Shown here in pieces: positions 11,807 through 25,389 of a stretch of 42,614 nucleotides of DNA. Source of the stretch: Streblomastix strix. Lineage: Eukaryota. The stretch is taken from contig SNRW01000017.1 in NCBI GenBank assembly GCA_008636045.1, positions 1-42,614 of the forward strand. The letters are read 5' to 3'. Within the stretch, counting starts at the first letter, position 1, and every line of letters begins with the position of its first letter. The position numbers and the translations under genes are program-made. Below the pieces are notes generated by a model, which was not told where the DNA came from, made no database searches, and saw only the letters and a program-made list of their open reading frames with translations.

Positions 11807-13178
11807 ATGGACGACTTGAGTGATTACAATGTAGATGGAAGTCTATTAGGATTGGGTGAATACATTTTACTTGAGATTATATCCGAAATGACCATTCCTT
11901 AAGATGTCCGATAATATCTTGCTATCTGTAAAAAGATTCATTAACTTTTGGAGCATCCTCGATATTGGAAAATTATATTATCGATAAGTAAGAATAAATA
12001 TTTATATATTATAAATATTAAAGAATTAATTACTTTTATTATTAACTTATTTATTTTTATATTTTCTTTTAATTATTAATTAATTATTTTTCATAAATAT
12101 TCAGTTCAAATTACTCCTTTATTTCTAATAAAGAAAGAAAGTTAAGGAGAATAATAAGGAAATAAATTCGTCCATTCAGACTAGAATAATTATAGTGCAA
12201 TTGCCATTGATCCTGTTGTAAGTGAAGGTATTGTTAGATTCGAAGTAGTATTTGAGAATTCTGGAGATTTTAGTAGTATGTTAATATGAATTGATGAATG
12301 TAAATATGAATAATGAATAATAATTGTAATATTTTTATTCTTTATTTAATCCACTGTATATTTTATATCTTATATAGGCTTAGGAATTGCGGATGCATCT
12401 TGTTCTTTTGCTGCTAATAAAGGACCTGCTCAGGATGGAAGTATTTATTTAATATCTAAATTTAATTAATTCTTATATGCAATATAATATTTGATATTAA
12501 TTAATAATAATTATTAATATTAAATTCTTTCTTTTTCTATTAACTGTTATTATTAATCGTACCCCGCTTCATTGAATGCAACTTATGAAAATAAAGAAAA
12601 GACAGTTAGATATTATGGTCGTAAGTATGAATTATATATATTTATAAACAACACTAATAATTAAATATTATTAATAAATAAATATATGTCAATTTCTATA
12701 ATAATATTTAAATCTTTAATTTTTATTTCTTTCATTCATTTTTATATTTCTTTTTCATTAAAATTTATTATCAGTGGATACCTTGACCACATTACTGAAT
12801 ATATAATAAGAAATAGAAGATATAAAGATGGATAAAGAATTAGTGCTATTGTAGACATGACATCAAATCCACGTAAAGTTGTTTTTTACGTTGATGATAT
12901 TGAGCAACCTAACTTTGTGATTGGAATCCCGTCTGAGATTAGATTCTGGGTTCGTTTGCAAATTTAATTAATATTTATATAAAAATAACGAATTATTTAA
13001 TTTATATTTATTTTTTTTTCACAATTTTATTTATTTATTCTTTATTTCATTCATTCAGGCTTATACATGGAACAAATCTTCTTCCTTCACCGTAACAAGG
13101 TTCAAAAGACTGGTTTAATTCAATTCATAAATAGTTCCTGGATCCAAAGCCATTAATTGGGGGAAATCATGGAAATGA
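11807..13178 (+). CDS. F-box-like N-terminus plus SPRY/B30.2-like domain protein (multi-exon)
   Basis: MDDLSDYNVDGSLLGLGEYILLEIISEMTIPQDVRQYLAICKK (F-box-like). Later exons AIDPVVSEGIVRFEVVFE, GIADASCSF, ISAIVDMTSNPRKVVFYVDDIEQP, ending AINWGKSWK-TGA at 13176-13178. GT-AG introns, e.g. 11988-12104. Domain calls are by pattern. Confidence 0.75.
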
Positions 13179-13861
13179 ATAAATTATAGAAAAAGAATAA
13201 AATAATTAATATGAGCTAATTTAATAGAAAGAGTTAAACTCACTTCAATTCTGTTTCATTCACAGTCTTCATTATTTTAACTATTTTAATTTTAATTATC
13301 TATATTTAATATTAATCATTCAATTTTTCCTCACAATTTTAATTTTTCTATTAACATTTTATAAATGTATAAATTATTGTTAAAATTTTAATATTTGAAC
13401 TATAATTGGAGAGAATTTCGGATTTTTCTGATAATTTTATGATTAAACAACAGAAGTTGTGAATATGATAGAATTTTTCAAGAAAATATAACTAAAATTA
13501 ATTAAAAAATTATTGAATTATTTACTAATTAATAATGATCTTCTAGCTTGAACTTTATTTTCTGAAAAATAAATTGCTATTTTCTCATCATTCTGTCTTA
13601 AAAATTCTTATTAAAAAGCATAAATCAATATTAAATTTAATATGCAGAACCTTAAACATATTTTTTCATACAATGAATGGATGAATAACAGAGAAAACGC
13701 AGTAATTATTAATTTGCCTCTAACACTTCACCAAGTAATGAAATTTACATTAAATTAATTTTTTTTATTATTGATAACTTATATTTGCCATACAATTAAT
13801 TTATATAATTTTAATTTAGTAATTAACATTTCTCTTTTATTTTTTTTCTTCTTCTTAAAAG

Positions 13862-15462
13862 ATGATAATTAGCATTTTGATTTCTTTGGCACTTACTTAA
13901 AATGCATTCTTCATGCATGCACATCACATTCTTGAAATAGATTCAGAACTACCATAATGTTAATCAATAAATGAAGCTTGTATTTGGAATGTTAGTTCAA
14001 AAGTTAAAGGAACATGTCTAACTGTTGCTGATGCACTGAATCAAGAATGTATATTAAGTGATTAATATGAAATAAATTTGTTGGATGATGACCACGTTGA
14101 ATATTTAGAAATTAGCAAAAACTTAACAATTAATATTAAGGTTTATTTATTTTATTAATTGGTTGAATTTTTGTTTTATTATTTATTTATATAAATACAT
14201 TTTTTGTATATTTAATAATTACTAGGGTGCAAATGTTATATCATGTAATTGGCAAATTAAAAGTCATTAATAATAAATTATATTATTTGAATATGGAAAT
14301 CTCATAATCTAAAACATCGCTTTAGCTTTTCAATTCTCAATGATTCCACAATATCTCCAAATAATTTCTTAATATATGCTGGTAGTGAAGAATATGATAC
14401 ATCACTTACAGTATATAAATGTATATTTGAATCAATTTAGGGTAATTTGTTAAATAATATCTTTCAGTTATATGTTTTGAATTCAAATAAACTCAACATC
14501 ACATATAGTTAATTCAGTGGCGCAGGTATAAATTATCCATAGAACATTACTATGATTGTAATTGAAAGTTGTTCTGATATTTATATTAGATAATGTTTGT
14601 TCTAAGATGCATTAGTATCTTCACATAGCTATGGACCAGTTTATATTTTAGCAAATATACATTATGCACAGATTGTAATTTAGGATTGCAAATTTTTGAA
14701 TCTGAATTCAAGTAATATCGAAAGCCATTTTACACTTTAGATTTACACAGAATAAAAAACTAGAGTAGAAATAATAAATAATACTTTTAAAGATTGTCAT
14801 GGAATTAAAGACAGCGGAGGAGCTTTACATATATCGGATAAAACACTTAATGATAGTAATGGAAGTGAATTTATTGTCAATAACAACACATTCAAACATA
14901 ATATAAGATATGCTACTGGTGGAATTTCCCTTATGGTATTTAATCCAAATTCAAAATTCAATTTCAATTATAATAATTTCTCTTAAAATGAAAATATTAT
15001 AGATGATTAAATTGGATAAGATTCTGTTTTAATGTTTCTTTAATCACCATCAGAATGGAATGATACTAACATAAAAGAAAATATCAAGAAAATGTTCAAT
15101 ATGAGTAGATCTGATACAAAAAAAGATAGTGTGACTTTTAATGCAACATTCTAAGATAAATCTGACATACTTGATTCTATTACACTACTTAAATTTAATA
15201 ATAAATAGAGAGATAATATATTAGTAATTATAGCTATTGTAAGCGGATCATTAATTATATTAGCAGTAGGAATAACATTAATTATCATAGTTGTAATAAT
15301 TCGTAAAAAGGTTCAAAAAATTTAAATAGTTGATTATAATTTTTTTAATATATTTTAATATATTTATTTTATATTCACCCATTTTAGAATCAATTAAAAT
15401 ACAAAGCAACAATTGAAGAGCGTAGATAACTCATTTATAGAGATTCATTAAGATCAATATGA
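13862..15462 (+). pseudogene. Type-I membrane beta-helix (pectin-lyase-like/Pmp-like) surface protein, copy A, 1-nt frameshift near 14322
   Basis: Signal peptide MIISILISLAL, repeats such as FKDCHGIKDSGGALHI and FKHNIRYATGGISL, TM ILVIIAIVSGSLIILAVGITLIIIVVII-RKK. Introns 14141-14225 and about 15311-15388, TGA 15460-15462. One base is missing in a T run relative to the intact paralog, which could be a sequencing error. Confidence 0.7.
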
Positions 15463-16249
15463 ACAAAAATAATAAGTTCTCTCCTTATCTAATTTAATAA
15501 AAAAATCAATTATCTGAGAAAGTTTCAGCTCAATTTAATCAAATCTCCAATTCACGAAGTTTCTCTCCTTTCTAATATAAAATTTCAAATCCCCAGTTTT
15601 TTTATTATTAATCTTTTCTATTTTAATTAGACTTCAAAGAGTGATTATTATTTTTTCTACTTCTAATAAACTAATTGAACTTAAATTAATATTATTGATT
15701 ATTGTTTTTTTAATTTTAGAATTAGTTTCGCAATCGTATAAAATTAAACACCAATATTCAATACAAGGTTTATATATTGTTACACAAGTGTAATTAATAA
15801 AAATTGAAGTAAAATTGAAAATTTGATTAATATTAAAGTCAAATTGTTAAATAAAGGTTTATTTAGTTTAAAATGGTTGAATGTAGAATTATAGTGACAA
15901 ATTATTAATTAAAATGAATAATAGTTATTAAAATGTAAGAATGTAGAATTGTAGAAGATGAGGCTAATAAAAAAATGAATATATGAATAAAGATAATTAA
16001 AAATGAGAATATAAAAAATATAAGACAATTCGTATAATAAATAATTAGTTGAAGAATTAAAATAATGCTAAACAAGGTAATAATTAGTGATTTATGGATA
16101 TTTAAATAAAAATTATTAATTCGAAGAAATAAATAAAAATTAAATACACTACGATGTATGATGATAATAATATGATCTAAAGAATAAATAAATAAATAAA
16201 ACAATAAGGTAAAATAAAAATATTGAATGAAATGCTATTTTTTTTACCT

Positions 16250-19200
16250 CAAAGTCGAAATAATTATCATTATTATTATTATTCATTTTATTCACTATTA
16301 TCTTCTTTTATTTCTTGGTCTTAATCCATCTTTCCTCTCACAATCAACCCAATTTCTTCTGAGAACTCAGGATCCATCTCAATGAAATGATTATTGAACA
16401 CATTCGCTACTGTTCGACTTATGATAAATTTCATAGCTTCGATCTTATTCAACAATTTGGCTGATCCGCCAATGTTCATAACGTAGGCCATGGTTCTTTT
16501 GAAGACATTTGATGTTCTTTCAAGTTGTGATTCATCAAGAATTAATTCTTTCAACTATTCCTAAAGAAATAACAATCGATGGAGAATCAGTTTATGATCA
16601 ATAATATGCTTGTCAAATTTTGATTTATTATTTTTCAGCATATTTATCTGTTTTTCTTCAGATTCAAAAGTATGAACGCATATCTATATTAAATCATTAA
16701 TAGCATCACCAACTTGATTTCCAAAGTTATGAGGCTGATTTATAGATTCTATTAAATCATTAGTGAAATGCAGTATCTTTTTCCTAAGATCGTCAATCTC
16801 TTAATTATTAGTATTCATTGAAGGGAGAAATGATACATCATTATCCAATGCTTCAAGTGGAACTAGACTCAATAATGTGTGTGTATAATCACTGATTTAT
16901 TTGAAGTGCATTGCCCAGGGAATGGTAACAATTACAAGAATTACTGCAATTTTAATAAGGAAATATAAATATATAATTTATTAAACAATATAAATAATAA
17001 AAAATTAGTTTGAAATAAAAATAAATATAATATAATAATTTTTAAAAAATATATAAACACACATATAATAATTAAATTAAAGATAATTGTGATTACAATA
17101 AGTATGGCCTATGATTGTGAAATTTACATTGTACCAATATCAGTTAATGTATTCATAAGTGAATCCATACCTATATTATTATTAAAAACATGAGCAAAAT
17201 GATAAAAAAATTTAAATTATCAGTAAATAATATTTAAAGATTTATTTAATCATAATTTGTTATATATGAAACCTTAAGAAATATCATATCTAATAGAAGA
17301 CTGAATAAATCTAAGTTCTTCAATGGTTTCATTTAGTAAATCTGCATCCATATGATTTAACTGCTGAATATAAGCTCTCATTCTGTTATAAAGTAGTGAG
17401 AAACCATATATTGGAGGATGAATCTATTTATTATATATAAGAAGATAAAACAATGACATTGAAATGAATGATAAATATATTTATTATTTTGATATTTTAA
17501 AATTAATTGTTTAATACTTGAAATATTCTGTTTGGTTAAGCTTGATTGCAATCATCCATATTAACCATATAACAATCATCTTATGTAAATAGCAACTGAC
17601 TATTTAAATCTGTTGATAAACTATGAAAATATATAAATACAAAAAATAAATTTATAATTATTGATATTGAATATAAAAATAGAAAATGAATATATATTTA
17701 ATTAACCTTTTCGCTTTTATTTGATCAATCATCATATCATTTGTTGTTGTATACTGATTATCTCCAAAATGAACCTTCATATGAATTCTGCTCAGATAAT
17801 CAGTAACATTTTAGAGAAGACTCAAAATCAATGTGCGATTGTTGCTCATGTGTGAATCATCTTTCCAAACTGATGTTTATGTAATATATTTATTATTAAA
17901 ATAATAATAAGAAAAAGATTAAGTTATTAATATTAATAATTTAAATAAATTTAGCATATTATTATATGTTCATACCAAAGTTATCTTCATAAACAGTAGT
18001 CACTGGTTATTATGGTCGGATGCAGTCAAAGTCAATTATTATTCGAAGTAGGAAATACTGAATTCTGGCCAAATAAGGAGAGCAAATCCCAGAAAGAAGA
18101 ATATTTGATGCTTATTCAGAATAACTATAGACTTATACAACTGATGAAAGAACTGTTACAAATATAACTGCGAACATAATAGAGCCAATTAATATGATAT
18201 CGAATAGATCTCTCATGCATAATGTTGATGGTATGTCTGAATATGATGAAGAAAGTTATTCGATTTTGGTTATCAATTAAGTCTCCCATTTGCCGTCTTT
18301 TATTTTATATTAATTTTATTCAGTTATTAAATCATTTTATGAATAAGAATTAAATGAGCTTGATTCATCATGTTCTTCATAATCTTACAATTCATAATAA
18401 TTCTTTTCATCTTCAAAATCTTCATCATCCTTTGACTATAATGTGTTTTATTTCTTTAATAATTATATTTTTCTTTTTTGTTTCATTTTGATCAGATTCT
18501 ATTTTTCTTATTCTTAACTTTATAAGATACTTCTTCTTTTTTCATTAATATTATTTTTATTTATTTATTTTTCATTCAATTTCTCAATCATTTTAGGTTT
18601 ATTTGTCTTTATCTATTCAACATTATCTTTTTTCTCTGAATTATTTAATTGAATTTTTATTCCTTTCTTTTATTCTTTTTATCCAACTTTCGAATATAAT
18701 TATTTTCTCCTATTTTATTGTTTATTAATTTTTGATTAACTTCTTTATCTTCTTATTTCATATTCATCGTCTTATTCTTAATCTGAGTTTTAATTCTATC
18801 CAAATTAATCTTCAAAACTATTGTTTGATTTGTCTGTTGATGATGAAGATTATTATTATTGTTATTGTTTCTATTAATTTGTTAATTTCTTTCCTTATAA
18901 TTGTTTATTCATATTTATATTTAATAACTATTATTATAGTAATTATTATTGTTATAGAATTTGCATTTATTGAATTTATTGCTGTTACAATTATTATTAC
19001 AAAAGATTGTAAGTTTATTAATTAACTTAATTCTAATCTTTTTTATATTATTATAATTATTCACTCTATTAATTATTATCATTCTACATTTTTTCAATAT
19101 CTTATTTATCCACATTCGAAATATTATTACTCCTTTAAGTCTGCATCTGAATCTAATCAGGAAATATACATTATTAGTAACTGCTACTAATATAACTATT

Positions 19201-22200
19201 ATTCTCAGATAGAATATGGCTCAATGAAGATTGAGATTGCAGTTGTTACAGAATAGAAGAAGAAGATGATTATGATTATGATTATGAAGTGTTCTATTAA
19301 GTATTGGAATTGCTATGTGATAAGATTGAAGATGAAGATGAAGAAGAAGGTGAAAGAAGATAATATGATGGACTTGGATGTTTCATTGATGATGAATTAG
19401 ATTAATTCTCGCCTGCTTGTAATGAAATGAGTTTACCAAATGAAAGTTGTTATTCTTTGGATAATGTAGGAAGTTTAAAACGATTATCGACATTATTTAA
19501 TTTATTCAACAATTATTCCATTTCGGGATCTTCTTATTACATTTCTTATTCTTATTCTAATGATTATTATTTGAATGTTTCATAATGAATGTTATTATAC
19601 TTATTATTTATATTATCAATTTCTTCGCTTTCATTTCCTCCAATTCCTCCAAATTATTCTTTTTCTTATTTTTATTTATTCACATCATTTTTATTATTCA
19701 ATACAATTTAAATGGATTTTTAATAAGTAATATCAAAGATAGGATGAAGTGAAATTATTTATTCTTATTATTGATCTTATTGTTATTGAAGTGATTCATT
19801 CTATTGTTATTATTGTAATTATTATTCTGCTTACATTTTAGAAGATTAAACTTATATTCTTTTCTTTGTTGGCTGTTTTATAGCTTATTAAGCATATACT
19901 ATTTTTCTATTCTATACTGGTAAAGAAATTTTAGGGATTTATTGACCCGTTATTTAAAATGGCGATGAATTTTCTTGTTTATTTATTATTGTTTGCTCTT
20001 ATATTTCAGTTTTTTGTTTATATTCTAATGATTCTATTTCATGTGATTAAAATTCAACTTAATTATCTAAATAATATTTATTTTCATCTTTTGTTTATTA
20101 CTCTTAATCTTATTATTTAATTTTATCTTTTTATTCTTATTCTAATTATTAGTTAATTTTATCCTTTTATTCTAATTCTAATTATTAGTTAATTTTATCT
20201 TATTCTTATTCTAATTATTAATTAAGTTTATCTTGTTATTCTTTATTGTAGCTCAGTGATTTTTCAATAATTTCATCTGTATCAGATTAAATAGTTTAAT
20301 TGAGTATTTTATTTTTAATCAGATATATTTACTCGATTTGCTTTATTTATTCATTTTCTTTTTCCAACTCCTATATCAATAATTTTTCTTATTCTTTTTC
20401 TTTCTCTCTTTAACAACTCAATTCTTTTTCAATTTCAATAAGATAATTGATTTGTGCATCAATAACTTTATTGCTTGGTATGAATTATATTTTTCCTTAT
20501 TCTTCTCCAAAATATTCACTTTAATCTATTATACTATCATCAAAAAATTATTAATCTAATTAAATCTATTACATATTTTAATTTGAATCCATATTTTGAA
20601 TGCTCATTTCGTTAAATGCTGATTTTGTCCTTAATAATTAAATTTTATCTGATTGCATTTATTAAATTAGTTAACTGGAATCATTTTTAATAGATCCTAA
20701 TGATGAGTTTGTTTTTAATATTTAAATTTAATGCTGAATTTATTATTAATGTTTTAAATGAATTTGAATTTCTTCATCCATTTCTTATGAATTTGAATCA
20801 AATTAAATATTCTAAGATATGAATTATTAAAAAATAATCATATAAATAATTAAAATTAATTAAAAAAAATATAATAAATATAGATTAAATTTATTTTTTC
20901 ATTCATTTTAGTTTTTAAAATAATATTTAACATACTGAAAAAATTAATTTTCTGAGTAATCCCTATAATTTAGATTTAGGAATATTGAGAAGTTTAACCA
21001 TTGAAGAAAATCTTTCCTATTAAAATAAATATAAGTAAAAAATTAGATTAAATAATGAAATAAAATATTTTCAATTACTATTATATATTTATTTAAATAT
21101 TTTCAATCTATATTATTATATTTAATATATAATTCAAACCATATTAGTTTATATCAATAAATAAAACAATATTAATGCTGATGATATGATCACTACAACT
21201 TATAATAATACATCAACTACTATATAAACAGTCAATATGACGTAACTTTAATATTAAATATCTTCCCATAGATTGATTAAAACTGATTATTGAAAAAGTG
21301 AAAAAATACATTTAAAAATGATTTATAAATTAAAATTTAAATTTAAATAATTATTTTTTATTAATTCATCTTTATATAAATACCTCGTTTACATCCTGTA
21401 AAGACAGGTTGCATTGAATTGAAGCAGATATATGCAATATCTGAATAGAAGTTAATATTAGTTATATAAGGAAGTTCTAATTATAATAAAATAAATTATG
21501 AAAAAAAAATATAAGTAAAAATATGAAAGAAATATTTTATTTATTTATTATATTTAATATTGAATACATCCAGTTCCAGTTTCCTGTTTATAAGGTTGAA
21601 TTGCCATTTCTCTGCTTTTCTAAGCAAAATTAGTGAGTGCTCTAATTAGACTAATATACTATATAGAAATAATATAATATGATACATTGATAATAAATAC
21701 ATCATAAAATAAATACATTACTATATATATTATAAATGTAAAAAATGTTTAAATTATTTTACAAATAAAATGTCATACTTATTCTTTATTTGTATATTAT
21801 ATTGGCTCATCATGTGTTAAATTAAAGAATGATTTGGAAGAAGATTATGTTGATGAAGAATATTCAGATTATTCTAAATCTAATCGAATATCAAATAATT
21901 ATACTATAATATTGTAATCCTGAAATTAAAAAATATATTAAAATAATTATATTTCAATAAAAAGGTAAATAAAGTAATAACAATTACAACAAAAAGTTTA
22001 TTCATTATCAAATCATTCAATTTAATATTCCAAACCTCCCAAACATCAGTGTCAGCCATAATAGAATAGATATTCTCTAATGTTGAAGTGATCTGATCTG
22101 AATATGATAAAAGTTTCTCACATATTTAGTCCCACGTTATGAGAAATTCTGCTTCTCCATCAGTTATACCTGAGTAATTGAATGCACAAACTATAAATGA

Positions 22201-24164
22201 ATATACAATATATAATATTTAATAAACAGATAAAGAAAAAAGAATTATAAAATAAATAAAGAAAATAATTATATAACTTTATATGACATTTTATTAATTT
22301 TATTAATTTATATATAATATATTAATACCAAGATCCTGATATAAACAACCGATAAACAAAGGAGCAAGATGTGCCTAAAATATAGTTAAAGGACAAACAC
22401 ATAAATTTAATTTTAAATTTCAAACTAAAAATAGTTAAACATTAAAATAAATTTACAATATATTGAACATTAAAACAAATATTTCATTCAAATAAATATT
22501 CACTCTCCAGATTACTTTTATTCACACCTGAAGTGACGTCAATTAGCATATCTGCTTCAAATTCTCAAACCTCTGAGATTGAACTTATGCCAATATATAA
22601 TATAGAGCACAGCAGACAGTCAACGCAACAACATCGAATGAATGAAGTGCAATTAACTCTAATGTCACATTACGAAACACTCTGTTATTGTCGTTGTTGA
22701 GGCCCCTTAGTCCAGAATCGTTCACATTTGCGTTCTAAATGTGGTATATTGGATAAAAATTCAGAGAAAAAAAATGAGTGATGATTTATATAAATGGTAT
22801 GAAAATTTACATATATATGATTAGAAAAATAAATATAATTAAATTGATAATTCTTTTTCTGTATTTAATTTTCATATTATATACCTAAATTTCTTCCATA
22901 GCGAGATCCTTATCATTCAGGCCATATTAACGCAATCTTTTCTTCAATGCATTTTGCTTCAATTAATTTTTCTTATTTCGTTTAAAAGTCCCAAATTAAC
23001 TTTATTAAATAGACGGTTGTGGAGAATTTTTAGTCATTTGCGATAAATTATGGCTTATTTGCGTCTATTTATTAGTAATACTAGAAATATTAACAATTGG
23101 CAATTTCTATTCGGGTTGTAATAAGTTTGCTTTATCCTGTTCATTTCCTTATTTTTCATATTATTTCTCCAAATCTTATTATTTTCTATTCATATAACCT
23201 AATTAACGCTTATTTTCTATCTAATCTACATCACGCATATAATCAAGTCCATATTCTTCTTTCTCTATTGTGAATGCTCTGTTTAATACAATTTCTGCAG
23301 ATTCTTCATCTCTATTAATGTAAATAAAAGAAAAATTGGATTAAATAATAATAAATTAAATTATTAAAGTTTATAAATATAATATAATATAATAACATTT
23401 ATATTAATTAATTCTAATTTACTCGCACCTATATATATCATTCAGCAGAACAGCATATTATTTGAGCACAATTATATTATTTGGCTGAATAACAATTAGT
23501 TCTTCATATGCATTTCTTGCGCGTGTCTCAGTTTTAGTGATCTTTTTGACGCAATCGTATACATCATTGTAATTAGTTGTATTACTTGTCATAAGTTGGT
23601 AGAATTTAACTGTGAACTCTTTAGCTTGTTCGTGGTATTTAAGCGCAAATGCTAGTTTCTGCACAAATACGAACGATTTTTCATCTTTTATGATATTTTT
23701 GTTCAATTTTCCGATTCCGTATTCTTTTTCTTTGTTATTAGAGAAGATTATGAACTTCATTAGCTGGTTCAGGTGATGCCGTCTGGTCAATTTAAGAATA
23801 GCATCGGCTTTATGGTAGTTCTTCTTGTAATGCATAAGGAACTGCCAGAAGTTGAAAAGTATATTCACATTCTTCTGGTGCCTTCTTACAGCTTATGTGT
23901 ATATAAGCTCTGTATACAATATCATCTCTGGTGAGCGAAACTTCTCATATTGGAGAAATCTGACACTTGGCTCAATAAGTGTTGGATATTTCAATCTTAA
24001 TATTGAATATTATTGGTTATTCTTGTTTGGTGATTATTGGATTTACAAATTCTTATTATGTAATGGTGCATATCCTTTATTATTAGTTTATTATATTGAA
24101 TTTCTTTTTAATGATTGTTGTTTATTTTGATTATTTACTGTAAAATTATAAATAGAGTTATTTG

Positions 24165-24221
<57 letters not shown>

Positions 24222-25389
24222 ATTAATATTATTATTAATTTGGAATATTATTCTTAGTTTTTGGATTAATTAATGGCTTTTCCAGTAATGATAACATCCA
24301 AAGATTCTTCATTCTGCTTCGAGTTAGTACATACATTACATATGATACAGTAAGAATAATGACAACACTGAACAATATAAGAATAATCTATGGAATGTAT
24401 GAGTTGAATCTTCCTTCAAATAAATATCCAATCTCTGCGCACAAACGAACTGATCCAAAAATGATCCATGGAACCTGAGCCATGAAGTTTGATTTGAGTG
24501 TATAGTATGGTTGTTTGTATATAATATATACAATAACGGCTATTGATACTCCAACACTAGCAACACCACGCCAGAATTCCCATTAGTAGAGAAATCTTTG
24601 TGTGAATACAACTATTGTTATGAATATGTGTTAAATGAAGTTGAAGAATCCATCTGGACAACTGAAAAGTCCTCCGTTCTTTGGATTGAAGTTGAATATT
24701 AGAAGATCAATTGTTAAACAATATTAAACAAGTCCTATGAATGTAATTACTGCTAATACCACTCCTACAATCTGATAGAAACCACTCATACAAATATTAT
24801 CACTTTCTGCTCTCCAATATCTTGTTCGTATATCTTCACCAGCTTCATTAGTATTTATTACATCATAGCAGTCAATCATAGTAATGCAGATATTTATTGC
24901 AGGTATGAATACAATACGAAGCATAACATCATGCAGAATGCGATTAAATTCTATAATCCAAGGTTGAGTCGATTAGACGTATCGGAAGAAGAAGGAGCAT
25001 ATTAATAAGATTATGAATAATGTGATGAGTATGAAAAGGAATCCGACGACGAGAAACATTGAATTCTTGCCAAGAATGAGGCTTAATGATGATAAATCAA
25101 TAAAATTCGCAACCTACAGAGAGAAAATATTTCATTAAAAATAAATTTAAATAATATAAAATCAAAAGAGGTAAAATACTCTTGACAGCCCTGTCTGTGT
25201 ATATGTCGAATTATCAATTCTGAATAGTGCAAGTGCAATTAATTGAATTGTGAATATAACCCAGAAGAACACTGGAAAGAACGCATTAGGTTTACGAGTT
25301 TGACGAAATAAAGGGTAAAAGATCGAGAAAAATTGCGCCTCGTATTTGTTAAATAAATCTTCGTCTTCGACATATATATGATCACTCAT
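16250..25389 (-). CDS. TmcB/TmcC-like giant multipass membrane protein with TPR-like region, Q/N-rich inserts and C-terminal hemerythrin-like domain; 3' end approximate
   Basis: Start MSDHIYVEDEDLFNKYEAQFFSIFYPLF (ATG 25389), multiple TM helices at about 24330-25280, TmcB-type segment EQAKEFTVKFYQLM...ARNAYEELIVIQPNNIIVLKQYAVLLNDIY, further TM-bounded domains and many GT-AG introns. Hemerythrin-like motifs at 16363-16836. The final stop was not pinned down. Confidence 0.8.
20100..20240 (-). repeat. Coding tandem repeat, about 33-36-bp unit (DKINQQLEQEQ-like) x3-4
   Basis: Repeated TATTCTTATTCTAATTATTAGTTAATTTTATC on the + strand, inside the large membrane-protein gene. Confidence 0.75.
24166..24219 (-). 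repeat. (TAA)18 microsatellite encoding poly-Gln
   Basis: 18 consecutive TTA on +, in frame as TAA on - between coding-like flanks (...NNIPNQQQYQY and SNNSIY...LKYPTLIEPSVRFL). Confidence 0.9.

Noticed and set aside
18732..19115. Ile/Phe-rich track ORFs here and at 29047-31007, 40594-40830 and 41606-42010 as membrane proteins
   Set aside because: They are antisense or off-frame shadows of Q/N-rich (TAA/AAT) coding sequence.
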